From Paraphysomonas bandaiensis (lineage: Eukaryota; Protista; Chrysophyceae): a stretch of 64,000 nucleotides of DNA. The notes below the pieces were generated by a model. That model made no database searches. It was not told the origin of the DNA and was given only the letters and a program-made list of their open reading frames with translations. Positions 1-12,741 of this stretch are shown here, piece after piece (within the stretch, counting starts at the first letter, position 1; the number at the start of each line of letters is the position of its first letter). Both the position numbers and the translations under genes were made by a program. The DNA lies in NCBI GenBank assembly GCA_965644295.1, contig CBFFRP010000435.1, forward strand, positions 62,001 through 126,000. Reading direction: 5' to 3'.

Positions 1-600
1 TATGTCCATTCATCAGAGGTACGTCTCCATGCTACGTTCCTTGTACAATCGTTATTTGCTGCAATGCTTTCGAGCAGTACACCTTTGGCACGATGTCCCA
101 GTGCCCGACGTCTAGTAGAAAGTGTTTCGTGTGTGCGTATGCAGACAGCCTTACAGTCCGTGTTTATCGGTATGTTGTGTGCAGGGAGCCGCGCAGATAG
201 TATAAGCGCCATTGCAGCCCCCATGAGTTCGTATGCATACGGGCCAAGTCCAGGAACGTCGCTGAAGGGTGTCTCTAATCGCAGTATTTTTGTGGTACCG
301 GCCTTCCATTCATCCTCCAGGGGGAGCCAGTCGGCCGCCGCTCCTCCATGATGTGTCCATCGTGTGCGTGGGTGTACATACGTGATGCGGCGTGGGGAGA
401 GGGCTGCAGGCGTGTATGATCCGTCTGTGAAGATTGCTTGATAGGTATCAGAGTCTACATCATCCAGTCCTCTAATGTGCGTATATAATGTTGGTCAGGG
501 TGTGCGTATCTTGAGGTTCCGGAATGTCGGGTTGTTGGAGTGTGAGGCCGACCTCAGTACCCCATTCCCGTAGGCTTAAGGCAAAGTGGTGGTAGTTTGG
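1..600 (-). mobile_element. Degenerate non-LTR retrotransposon fragment (RNase H domain), running off the left edge
   Basis: Manual minus-strand translation of ~480..30 gives AIFTDGSY...AYELMGAAMAL...INTDCKAV...RNVAW, the D-E-D RNase H catalytic pattern. Bases 1-45 are an inverted, deleted homolog of 713-785. Upstream boundary approximate. Confidence 0.75.
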
Positions 601-712
601 TTCTCATGTAATAATCAGACTTTCCTATATGGTAGTTTGGGTGCGGAGCGATTGTCTGTATTATAGGAGAAAGTGCGCTGCGTCACCTGCATCCCCACCT
701 ATAATAAAAAGC

Positions 713-2265
713 CTGTACAAGGAAAGTAGCATGGGTACGATCACACCCTGAACGACGTACCACTGATGAATCTGAATGGACATATGAAGACAAAGGCATT
801 TACATTGCAGACGCAATGGCCGAAGAGGACTGGCTTGAGGTTGATAGACTACAGGGACGACAAAATTACACTGTGTGTCTGTAACATAGAAGTGAAACAA
901 GCCATTGAGCGAATACTCACCGAGGGTTTATGACACTGGCGCCTAACCGGGGAACGACGGCCGCATCGTACAAGCCCCCTACTTACGGACTTCCAATCCC
1001 TCCGCAGTCAACGGACGCTGGAGTCCTACTACACTGCACTCAGAGAGATCAACGCTATGCACCTGGATACTGGACAGACAGCGGGGCACTACTTCCGCGC
1101 AAACTGGCGCAAGCAGACGGTGATCCATCAAAGGATAAAGATAGTTACGCCTGAGAGTGCTCAATGCAGCATTGGCATGGGACAAATCTTTCAGTATAGG
1201 GAGAAACCGGGCTAAAACCAAACACGGTCTCGACCTAGCTAAAGCTGCATGTTCTGACTGCGGATTTCGACTAGACTCCCTCAAGCACATGTGCCTCTCT
1301 AGACTGCACACATGACACCATCATCACTCAGAAATACGGGAGACGGCATTTCACAGCCACAAAAACGCGCTTCAAGAGATACTGAGAAACCAGGACCTAC
1401 CCCACTGGACCACCAATGAGCTACAGCGGCTCTCCGGAAGAGCCTGAAACCCTTCCCTCCCACAGGTGGAGAGATTCTGGACGGGCACCATCACCATTGC
1501 TCAACTTGAGACAGTTTTTGGAGATCATATCCATAAGTCCCTGACATCTCTAGGACTGCGCAACCTTGAATTAGCGGTCATCAACCTGCTTCTCCTGATT
1601 CAAGATCGAGGTCGAAGATGGATCACCCTACAAAAAGTACCCCCTACTAGGCTACTCCTGCGATCGCGTCAACCACGTAGACAGCAACGGAAACGTCCAA
1701 GAGTGCTACAATTACTAGAGGAGTCTGCAGACGACCCGAGACTGCTGGACCATCGCCCACCGCACACACGAACCCTACCACTCACACACACAGGAGCACA
1801 TCATCAGTCCTTCAGGCCCTAGACAACGACGCCGGCTCCGGCAACTCCACCTATGCCTGACGCCTAAACGGTGCACTGAGACAACGCCACATTCCAACAC
1901 ACCACCCACCTCTCAGACCACACGCCTAACAATAGGTACACTCAGGACCTTAATACAGAACCCTGTACCTCAGAGTCTGGTGGAAACTTACCCCAAGGGT
2001 AGACCACCTCCTGACAACACGCGCCAGTGAGTCCTAAGACACACGAGCAGGGCGAAACTCACAAACAACACTAAGAACGGAAGTGGTCGTACCTTGGTGC
2101 TTGCGGCGACGCACAAGCAGCTTCTGTAGCGCTAAATAGTAGGATAATGGAATTTGTGCTGATTAGTTATGGGTAGAGGTCTAAATAGTATGTCTAGCAT
2201 TCAACTAGCCACTATATTGGCACGAGTTTTTAACGCCTATTGCTAAATAATAAGACTTTCAATAT
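713..2265 (+). mobile_element. 5'-truncated, frameshifted non-LTR (LINE-type) retrotransposon: RNase H C-terminus, CCHC zinc knuckle, ORF end and 3' UTR
   Basis: 713-830 translates as RKVAWVRSHPERR...DKGIYIADAMA (RNase H WVxSH..AD). ~1250-1310 gives CSDCGFRLDSLKHMC..C (Cx2Cx7Hx4C). The ORF ends ...KGRPPPDNTRQ-TGA at 2028-2030. The 3' ~740 bp recur at 23240-23942. Confidence 0.8.
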
Positions 2266-2350
2266 AGATTTAGAGATTAGTCTATTTTACTGTCAAGAAT
2301 TTTTATCTCAGGCATACAATAGCTAGGAAGCGTCATGTACAACACTCAAT

Positions 2351-2575
2351 TGAGGGGGCTGAAGATTCTATATACTTGCAATTGAGTGGCGTATTATGTG
2401 AGATTCAAGGATCGAAAGATATATATGTAGTTAGTACATTATATATTGTGTAGTATGAAACTGAAGTAGAAGTGGGTGACTATACAGGATACGATCACTG
2501 AGTGTGTAGTTTGTACACTATAGTAGTAAATGAATGGTGTTGAACACATCGAATACAACTTTGGTTCTTTATCAT
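2351..2575 (+). mobile_element. Possible Copia polypurine tract plus degenerate LTR
   Basis: TGAGGGGGC-TG at 2351-2361 resembles a Copia PPT/LTR junction, followed by AT-rich sequence. No second copy or TSD found, and the right end is uncertain. Confidence 0.3.
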
Positions 2576-2807
2576 GTAATGTTTATAATTTCATCTTATC
2601 AATTGAGAATAGCAAACCTTAGCAAATAATGTCAACTTCTGTTAAAATAGTAGGATAGTATAGCTCTTTTACAAATTTAACATTTCAATGAAGAATGTGA
2701 TGGAAAGTTTATCGATTACATAACCACCACCCCCAGTAACACACATGGAATTCGAGAATATTATTTATCTGTGTCAAAAGCACACAAGATGTAAAAACCC
2801 TCACACC

Positions 2808-5158
2808 CTATACACCATCATTTAAGTTATCACTCTCTTTAGAATCAGGTAAGAGGGGGTTTCTTTTCTTGAGTACGTAGTCCGTTACTACCATGTATCC
2901 CGCAATGCTAAGAACAGAAACTGCAACAGCACTGGAAGCAAAAACGAGCCCCTTCTCAAGTCCACTGTAAGACGACCAACCACTATCCTTATCACTGCTC
3001 GTATGACCTGATCCATCGTCGTCATCATCTGGAAGAGTCCATCCTTTGGTAGCATCGGACTGATCTATAACCATTCGATCATATACTTCATTGTCTAAGG
3101 CGCTCACCCATTCCCACTCAAGTCTGGTCGAATTTACTGTAGACACCCTGGCATAACCATATCGGTAGAATACCATCTCATTCCATTCGGGGTAGGGCTC
3201 TACATAATTTACGGTAAATTTTGCTCCTGCAGTGCCGATCACCATGTGAACAGTGGCCTGAGGATCATTGTGGTACGCAAACGGTACGGTATATCCGTCC
3301 TCATACACCTGCGTAGACCGTTGTATGGTAGTCTTGTTCTTCACTGCAGCGTGTCTCTGTACCACATGGTTGTGTCCCCAGAATGCTAAGTTTACTCTGT
3401 ACTTCCAGAGCATCGGTTCGATGTGGTAAATTAGATTGTCCATCACCACGATATCTGACGTCACATCCTCACCGTAGTTCGAGTTAAGATACATCGCTCG
3501 ATGTCCCCCAAATATGATCCAAGGGGTTTTAGTGCGATTTACCTCTGCAAGATCTGCCTCCAGCCACTGGTTTTGCTCCGACCCAATGGTGTAGTCATGC
3601 TCAGTGCTCATGCCTACGAAGTGAATGAGACCGATGTCATAACTCCACCTACACAGAAATTTGAGAAGAATAAATGAAACAAACGTCGCATACCATGGTT
3701 TATTGGTGGTCGCTGGGGCGGGCATCGGCAGTAGTCTTGTAGCTGGAACTCCACACTCTCCGCCGCTATCTCCATATTTACCGTAGCTGGTTGAGCCTAT
3801 GTAATAAGATGGGGAGTTCGGACAGTCACTCTCATGATTCCCCACTGTGGTAAGATATAGTGCACCTGAAAGAATATAAAAAATAATTTCTACATCGGAC
3901 TTCTACACGAAAAAGAATTTCCAATTTTCTAACAAATCGAATTCAGTAGAAAAATATAAACATACCCGAGGCAGAGGGTGCAAGCTCATCCATAAAAAAA
4001 TCCCACACCGCCATATACCCTGTGGCATAGGAAACGTCGCCTCCGTGGTATATTGCATCCACATTTCCCATAGATACCTCGTGTCCCACTGCATACATAG
4101 TCTCAATAGCAGGCCTTCCGTACTCATTCCATGTGTACGTGTCGTCTGTAGAACCTCTCCCCATATCATCATAAAGAATTACCCGAGTCGGACGTGTAGA
4201 TGGCTGCGTCCCTGCCAGAGGAGGACAGTGAAACGAATGTTCCTCACTCCAATCATCGGTCGCTGCGTCTCCAAATATGTAGTAAATGTTTTCATTTGCG
4301 CACTCTATCATTCCATGTAGTGGGGCGGTGTGGATTAGCCCCAGGTCACGCCAGCCAGTAGTATTAGCTGGCGCACCGAGCATTTCTTTTCGCTCGATTG
4401 TCGAGGTGTTCGCCTCAACTGTAACCGTGTAGGTGCCCTGCGTACGACCCCACATAAGAGTAGGGTGGGTACTGTATGCAGATGACCAGAGTAAATTGAA
4501 CACATCTGGATTTCCAGTGGCTACCACACGTGGGCGCAGTGGCTGGTTAATATTCTCAAATGTAACATTCGACTGCGATACATTCATATACTTTGGGTAG
4601 TATACTCCAGAGGTAAAGTAATAGAAGGCAATGTCGGACCTCAGATTAGTCATATTGAAGGACAGTGTACCGCGACCGGTTGTGTCGTAATTGGGATCCT
4701 CGTCGCACCACCCATATTTCACAGGCACAGTTTTCGTTATGTCTACATTTGCTGGACTATACGCGCCTGAACAATTATATTTCACTACATATACACAATT
4801 GGTGTTTGATGTCACACTTACCTATCCAGTCGCCGTAAGGCTGAATGTTCGGTGTATTCGAGTAGAAAGTCACGGTCACAACGTCATCGTTAGTGATTAC
4901 TAGCGGCGATACGTCTTCTATAATATACACACTAGTGCTGTCTTCAGCCGCTATAATATTCTCCGGCTTCAATTCAAAGAACTCGTTCGCAAATTCAGTC
5001 TCGTATGCTATAGCATGCTTGCCAAATCGTTTATGATATGACCGTTTCCTCCAAGCCATAGCATCCTCCACATAAATGGACTTAGACGATGCAAATGTAA
5101 AGAAGATCCATGAAAAGCTCCATATAAACATCCAGAGTAATGCCACGGATGAATACAT
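2808..5158 (-). CDS. Purple acid phosphatase (Fn3-like N-domain plus metallophosphoesterase) with N-terminal signal and C-terminal TM helix; 4 exons
   Basis: All five PAP metal motifs are present: DDMG, GDVSY, GNHE, GHR, GHNH. DWIG|AYSP joins across intron 4821..4767. Further GT-AG introns at about 3966-3867 and 3697-3650. Hydrophobic C-terminal segment GLVFASSAVAVSVLSIAGYMVV. Confidence 0.93.
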
Positions 5159-5747
5159 TGGTGAAAATAATACTGATCAGAGGCCTGATAATACGAATAT
5201 TAGCATACACAGGCAACAATCACGTTGCACACTGGGTAAATATTTAGCTAACTTGAACTATGTGGTTGTATCCCCCAGTTACTAATTCTGTTTATCGCTG
5301 AACTCTGATATACTTAGCAAGCAAAATAAATAAATAGTGTATTGTGGAAGGAAAGAATTCTCAGTGAGATACCATACACATACAGTACCTGTCAAAAAAG
5401 TATAAACAATAAGCAGACAAAACATGCATTGTCCACCTCTTCTTCCTCCAGTACGTACTGCGGAAATTGTCCTTGTTCAGCCAATCAGAGATCTGAGCTC
5501 AATTGAACTTTAAAAAAAGACGAAAGTCAAGTATGAATTGTCTATGAAAAATTCAAGTGTATGTTCATCTGCAACATTAGAATTCGGTCATCGTTAAATC
5601 ACAAGGCAGATACAAACCTGACCACTCCTATACAACAAAAATTTCCATTTGTTAACTATTCAATGTTTCAAACTCATGGCGACCACATTATGAAAGAGTT
5701 CAGTGCAATGACATTTTATCCCAATAAGTATATAGCAGCTCATTTAC

Positions 5748-6689
5748 ATGTGCGTCCGAGGTTTCATTTATAGCAAGTGTAGCAATCGAGTAAGCAGTGT
5801 TACATGGCACTTTTCTGGGCGCATCTCTTGTAGTAATATGTCGGTGATATCTCGTTTGCAGTCTTTTTTCGACAGCAAGAGTGTGAGAGTTACGGCGACT
5901 GAAGATACAACTAAACGTGTATTGGAACTGAACCCGAATGCATATGGTTGTGGTCCTGGGCCAACAAGTACTATATATCCTATATGTCCTTCATATAAGG
6001 ACTGGCATACTGTTGTATTTTTGCTACACCATGAGCCTATACGATCCAGTCTGAATGAAGTTATAGGCGCTATTAATATGGACCATTTTGTCGGTTACGA
6101 GTGGCAGATGAACGCTTTTTTTAATTGGTTTCAGTGGTTTTATCAGTACATATCTAGCTACTGCAAACTAACGGAGAGTATGTGTCCTTCCTCACAGCAA
6201 TTTGAACACACTGGTTCTGACTCCTCTGCCTATCGCACCAGCCTATTTCATAAGTTAAAGAGTGTACGAGCTCTCAACACAAACTCCACGAAATGGGTAA
6301 GCTCAGAGGCCAGTAAAGCACTGGTCTCTCGTTTGCGTGTGATGCTCTCTGATGTACGCTCCCTCGTATTTCCTGTATTTGAATTTATCGAGGCACACAG
6401 TGACAAGCTGAGAGGCATCTGGACTATCGAAAATTCTGCGGTACGGCAGGAGTTAATGATGGTATTTCTAGGGGACGAGATTGGGGCGACTTATCTCTGC
6501 TCTATGTGGCATGATCTTCATCGTTGGGCAACTCCGAATGTTATCGAGATATTTCATAAGATACTTTCACTTTCGAGTAGAAAAGTGCTGCGAAGAGGGT
6601 ACCCAGGATACTTGCGCACAGTGCGCAGGGATGTTAAAACGATGATGTGCGTGAATTACGTAGTTACTTTATACTTGGGAGCACCATGA
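5748..6689 (+). CDS. Uncharacterised helical protein, possibly a degenerate hemerythrin/HHE-like domain
   Basis: 313-aa ORF. W...FLLHHEPIR...WQ...FFNWF.WFY.YI resembles the first helices of hemerythrin-like proteins. True start (5748 or 5838) and a possible last exon near 6777-6839 are unresolved. Confidence 0.55.
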   Translation: MCVRGFIYSKCSNRVSSVTWHFSGRISCSNMSVISRLQSFFDSKSVRVTATEDTTKRVLELNPNAYGCGPGPTSTIYPICPSYKDWHTVVFLLHHEPIRSSLNEVIGAINMDHFVGYEWQMNAFFNWFQWFYQYISSYCKLTESMCPSSQQFEHTGSDSSAYRTSLFHKLKSVRALNTNSTKWVSSEASKALVSRLRVMLSDVRSLVFPVFEFIEAHSDKLRGIWTIENSAVRQELMMVFLGDEIGATYLCSMWHDLHRWATPNVIEIFHKILSLSSRKVLRRGYPGYLRTVRRDVKTMMCVNYVVTLYLGAP

Positions 6690-7131
6690 GTTCAATACTA
6701 CCATGTCTTAGTTTTTGCAGTGATTTATAACAGTCGCTCTATAACCGCAACTACTAACAGTTTTTCTTTCTGTAGGTCCGAAACTGAACCGCTTTACTTG
6801 GACTCTGAGAATGGGATGGGCCACGATGATATATTTTGACTACAATGATAGTGAATTTGAACTTTGTGTATGTGGCGGACCTTCCAATTGTGGTGTGGAC
6901 TATATATATATTATGTTGTTGTTATAAACCTTTAACTGGTGTGGTATTTTCTGAAATTGGTATAAGGTTGCTACTGTGTGTTTACCTCAAATTTACATAA
7001 CTTTTCTTTATATACTCTGCAGTTTGAAAAAGATATAATATGACTACCTATCTTTATGTCGAATTCAGCCGATACTGAAATCAAAACTCGTTTAGCTGTA
7101 ATAAAGAATTGATCTTAGTAATAGTAAAACA

Positions 7132-7157
7132 ATTATTATTATTATTATTATTATTAT
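7132..7157. repeat. (ATT)n microsatellite
   Basis: About 8 perfect ATT units read directly. Confidence 0.9.
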
Positions 7158-7989
7158 GAACACAGTGAAGTGAGAATAAAGAATAACAATATAGAACATA
7201 ACTGTCATGCACAACGGAATAGTTAGAAGTGTAACTGGTAATAACGTCGTTATGATGACGATCATGTATCTTCAACAGAGCGATACTCTCTCTAATTCAG
7301 TTCATGATATATTTCATTGAACATTATAGCTCACAGATACTGTCATGCATTAAGCTGAATCCTAATCATAGCTGGCAGCCGGACAGTGCTCGCTGAAGTG
7401 ATCATACGGCAATTAATACGTATTTATATTATTAGTGAAGATGTTTAATTATCATATTAGATTTATCATTCTGAATCAGCTGAAATATATCGACTGCATG
7501 AGATCGGAAAATATTGGTCGGTAAATGTGACAATATCAATAGAGAGAATTATTACAAGTAACGATGAGAAATGTTTTTTGTATTATTTAGTTATATTTAA
7601 CCACGAATGGAGACAAACAACACAAACTCATTTTGCTCCATGCATAATATTCTACATATGCGAACCCCTCGTTACTAAACATATCTTGAAATATCAAACT
7701 ATTTCAGTTTCTTAATTATTGCAGCATTTGTACATCACCATGCTTCACTGTATTCTTGTATATATTGTCTTCAAGTGCCACACTGAATATACCAGAATAT
7801 AATCCATATTCCAATACTCCCACTCAATGTAGAATGCAGTGATACAAAACAACAATAAGCACAATGATCTTTATGCTATGACTATCTAATCCCATATAGG
7901 TAAAATCGATGTGAAATCTTTTAAAGATACATGTATAACTAGCTGTGTCAACTAGATACACAGTTATGTGGATTTTTCAACCACTATAA

Positions 7990-9230
7990 CACAAACCTCT
8001 TCGGGGTCGTTTCTTCTGATTCTCCACCACTCTGGTTGACACTCTTCTCTTAACCCCAGTAATCGTTTTCTCATGACGGCTGAAGATTTTCGTAGACAAT
8101 ATGGCTTCGTGAAAATATTGGCCGCCATATCATCCGTGGACATTGTAGGGAATTTTTCATTAACATGCTCTCTCACCGAGTGGTACTTGATGTCAATATG
8201 CTTCGACCTCTTATGATACACATAATTTTCGGAGAGATCCTTCGCACTCTTGGTGTCCATAATAAAGAATGGAGTTGACTTCGATACTGAAAGAGACCGA
8301 GCTCCTTGAAAACTCCCCAAAGCCACACCAGTTCTTGCATAGCCGCATACTCCGCCATATATATACAACTGTGGTCTGAAGCTTGGACTGCCAGGCCAAA
8401 ATGCGCCTGCACATAAAAAAGCACGATGTATCCCGTTGTGGACTGTTGAGTCATCCTATCTATCCAGCTCAGTCGGAATCACTAAATACATGTAAATCAA
8501 ACTCACTCCCACTGAATCTGATGCCCTCATCAATTGTACCACGTAAATATTTCAACAGATGAATATAGCTAATCTGCAAGCTGCATAACATTATTATATA
8601 TAATATATATATATGTCGGACAACTACTAATAAACCGAGCTAATAACCCCACTGCATATAGGACAAATTAGGTCTATAGTATAATACAGTATGTATATTG
8701 CCAGATGCAACACCGCTCCAATAATTCGTCTATACGGAAATTATTCGACCCTGCTTCTTCTGCTCCTCCGTGAGCTCACGTTCCTCTGCCAACAAATTCT
8801 GAACATTAGTATTATACTAAGGTAGAGGAGACTCCTTGTTCTTACTACTCTTTCCCATAACTGAGCTGAATTTCTTGATAATATTCCTTGCAAACTCGGA
8901 TTGGTCGTTGTCACCTCTAGTTATATATACCAGTTGTCACCTCTAGTTATATCCTGATATTCAGAAACCGCTGGCACTTACCCAGATATCATCATTCCGT
9001 GCATCTCAAACTTTTCACAGAACCCACTACACTTACACGCTTAACACTAAAATACCAGATTGTTAAGGTCAGCAGATGTTATATTATATAATTATAATAT
9101 CATTTACATAATATATTAACAATAAATAATGCAGCTGTCCATTGCACTCCATCTCATTCATGTCTGTATATATATAATATACTCTGCATATATATAGCAG
9201 AATGCTGATGATACATCAAACTGGTGCACA
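7990..9230 (-). mobile_element. Decayed Ty1/Copia pol remnant (RT C-terminus plus RNase H)
   Basis: Fragments FPYRRIIG, STTGYIV, AWQSKLQTTV, AEYAA, YHKRSKHIDIKYHSVRE and DDMAANIFTKP, scattered over frames with many stops. Confidence 0.88.
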
Positions 9231-10816
9231 CACGCAACTGACATAAATGCAATCGCTAATACCAGTCTCATGATAATAATATTACCTTACTTATCAACAT
9301 TCAAGCTGCTGTATATCCTTTCATCTCTAGAAATAATCATTAATAAAAATATTTGGGAAATTTGTTTTCCCAAGTTTGAAAATAGTTTGCTTAATTATGG
9401 TTATCCCCTTCACCACTGGAGCAAAGTTTGACTGCATACTAATTAAAAATCTGATTACTAAGAAGCGCAAGCTTGTGCGTTGCCGCGACCAACCTAAAAA
9501 CTCGCGCGACACTAAAAGCATAATAACAGGACTCCCATTTAGTTACTATTTCATGCACCGACTATAGTGCTCAACTATATGCAACAACACGACTTTTAGT
9601 TAGCTACATACATGAGCATACGACGAGTTGCGCGTGTTTAAGCCGGATCATACGCTTCTACATTTGTCCTAACACAAACAACTTGCGGTCGGTGTCTTCG
9701 GCATATTATATGTCTCCTGTATATATGCTGTCACGCAGTTCACTGGGTTCACTACTATGTGTACCTTAGTACCAATGTTCTCTATGTATATACGGCATCT
9801 ACCTTTCTATATTTATCTTTATTATATATTTCTTATTTAATACTTTTATCTTCATGTATATATATATGCTTAGGCTATAGACTATTGGATTTTATATGTA
9901 AAATGGGATTTTACTTGGAAAAAAGCTATAAATTTCTAGGAATAATAGTAGCTTGATTAGACGTTATTGTATACTTAAGTTCTATTTATTCATACATGTA
10001 TGTTACGTTAGTTATAATAATATTATTCACAATTTGAAAATTCAAAGAACCAATATTATTCCAATTCTCAGTGACAAGAAGCATTCAATTAGATTATATT
10101 ATACAGGGGGATTCGAAATAAACAACTGTCTGATGAATGCTATGCTAAGTTAAGCTAGTTAGCTAGCTAGATGCTCTAGATTAATTCATATGAACACTTA
10201 TATAAAATGCTACCTTGAAATACATGGGCGTTGCTTATTCTAATTTACTTGTACAGTTACACACAAATTACAAAAGAAATCATGATTTTTACCAAACAAA
10301 TATATATCGAATAGTGAAATAGACACAATTTTGAAAATAGCATATCTGCACGAAATAAACGAATTAGAACGTCATCTACAGCGCAAAGAAAACACAATGA
10401 CATAGCAGTGACTATTCTACAGTAATATTTATATTTTTCGATACATATGCCACGTAATTAGGTGTATAAGTACAACTAAACAAACATCATATATGTGTAT
10501 TCCCGATATAAAAATATTTCAAGAAAATTGAATGAAAATGATATTGCACCTGTGTAAAGAGTTAAAAAAGCTATCTTGATCCGACTTCCCATTGCTTATT
10601 TGAATTTTCTCCGATTTCTACATATCACCAAAAATTAGGTCAAATATTTGATATATGCACAGGCGGTTATATATATACAAGCATCACACAGACCTTTATA
10701 GTGCCCCCTTGCAATTTCTTCTTCTGGTACTAATCCCAGTACCACTACTGAACTCTATTTCATCTTCTGGTAGCAATTCCTCATAAATGAAAAACGATTA
10801 GACGGTCATAAGTCGA

Positions 10817-11020
10817 TGTAACCGCCAAACCTGTTGAAATTTTGAGAAAGTCGATTTAAGTTGAGTGTATGATACGTATTGCAATAATTAGTGTAGTAGA
10901 TGTGAAGAGAACATGTTTGCAATGACAAATAATAAAAATTATATCAATTGCAGACCAAAAAATGTTGAATGAAACGGTTATATTATACATAATATATGTG
11001 TACTACATAGTGCTATACAA
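10817..11020 (+). repeat. Dispersed ~200-bp repeat, copy 1 (TGTAACCG...CGGTTATA; small LTR- or MITE-like)
   Basis: Aligns by eye to 17745-17950 (aaacctg.tgaaattttga.aa.gt.gatttaagttgagt; aagagaacatgttt; atagtgctata). Confidence 0.7.
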
Positions 11021-11049
11021 TACAAAGGTTATTGATTAATTAAAAGTAC

Positions 11050-12530
11050 TTACAATCGACAATCAACCGAACTTCTGCCACGTTTTCCAGTAAGAATAGA
11101 TGCAGAATATACTGCGCCAGTGCCTGTCAACTCCTGATTATATAGAAATAAATGAGGAATAACAATACGTATTATTATGTATATATTATACCACCTTCAT
11201 ATCGCAACAGGTACTGCGGGATTGCTCGAATATCGCCGTCGTTATCGACCTCTGAACCTGTACATCTCTCTGCCGTTGTATGAGTGAACTGTACAACCTA
11301 GCTGATATTAGGGTCCTTCACCAAAGCACCAACTCACTCCTGCGGTACAACTTCATTAGCACTTCTACCATCGTTGCTACAGAACAATATACCTTTATCA
11401 CCGCTACCATTTTATATAGGTAAAACTTCAGTGTCATATCAAAAAATAGAGGTGAATGGTGCGACGTCTTTGCTGTGGGAGCAGCAGCCCACTCTGATAC
11501 AGCTCAACGAATTGACAGACTGACAGAACTGAGCCTTTATACTTACTACAATGTGTCGGGATCTCACACCTCCCACTCTTTGACTATGGTGCCTATGAGT
11601 GTCAATAACTTCACTGTTGAGGAAAAAGCGGACAATACAAGACCAATATATTGACTCCGGGACCAACTGGTTAGCTTGCTGTCACTCATTGACAAGTACT
11701 ATGGTCTCTGTTGTCACAGACCCAGAGCGAAGGTATGAGATACGCAGTTCCTACCACTTCCACTAATCCTGCAGGTAACTTGTTCTCCCTCGCCTTGAGA
11801 GCTTATTCTGCATATCAACTTCCATCCACCCCTCCACAGTTCTTTCGTACGCGGTTGCCACAATGGCTCTTGAAATAGGAGTGATATTACGTCTGTATAA
11901 AACGTATATTACAAGGCATAGTCAATATCTACACAAAGCCGTTACCTCGACATAACACCTCCGATGACATCAAACTCAGATTGAAACGCAATTAGAGGGA
12001 TACCAAATAAATGAATAGACAGACATCTGATGGCAGATCTCATTCGCAGTCATATCAGCTGCGTGTGTGCACTGCTCTGTGCTGATGTGAACAGAGACCG
12101 TCGAAGCAGTCTGAATATGCTGACTGCACAGAGCCTTTCGGCCCCTCTCCAGATCGAATAAATTACTCTGATCGCTGTTCCTCAGTCCCCGAGGGCTCAG
12201 AGAAGAGTCTCGTCCCTCCTTCCTCTTGCTGTGTGCTCATCTCTGTGATTCTCATCCGATGGATATGAGTGCTCTCTCTTCCCTCTTGTTAGGCCTAAAA
12301 TAGGGTTATGAGATATGCATATGGTCACATGAACTTACGCTGATCTCGTGTGTTGTTATTGTGGGGGTGAGAGCATCGTATGAGGAGTGTGGGTGATGTG
12401 TGTGTGATGCTTGTCTTAAGAGGGAGGCATCATGATCACTTCATCACTTCACTATCAAAATCATAAAACGAACTAATTATCATGCCATCGGCACGATAAC
12501 ATAGTTATACCATGTACTACAGCAGTATAC
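11050..12530 (-). pseudogene. Intron-containing decayed gene or spliced non-coding transcript, divergent from SPT16
   Basis: Four host-style GT-AG introns (12338..12295, 11945..11893, 11392..11340, 11191..11134) separate GC-richer exon-like blocks, but in the exons I translated no frame stays open. Confidence 0.5.
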
Positions 12531-12741
12531 CTACAGTATATACTCAAATCAAATTTCAAATGAATAGCTTCCAACACTTCTTCTTTGGTTCTGGTGCCTG
12601 CCTGTATTGTGTGTATGTAGGGATGTATGATATATGCCTCATCATCCTGTTCGGATTACATGATATTTAGACACAACCATTGCACCCATTGGAAGGGATA
12701 AACTAACCATTTTGTACTATCTGCGTGAATATCCTTTACTC

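Noticed and set aside
2010-2063. Hammerhead-like TGA-GTCCT...AGGGC-GAAAC in the LINE (also ~23700-23737)
   Set aside because: No CUGANGA core (it reads CCAGTGA), the TGA is the ORF stop codon, stem II is weakened in the second copy, and stem I cannot be formed.
4158-4172. DDMG instead of GDMG in the phosphatase
   Set aside because: The metal-binding DxG is intact, so there is no evidence of inactivation.
9460-9495. Possible extra minus-strand copy of the 3' module (GCGGCAACGCACAAGC)
   Set aside because: Only about 16 bp match and the flanks do not align convincingly.
11050-12530. Stop-codon reassignment explaining the interrupted frames
   Set aside because: All three stop types occur, and intact neighbouring genes use the standard code ending in TAA, TAG and TGA.
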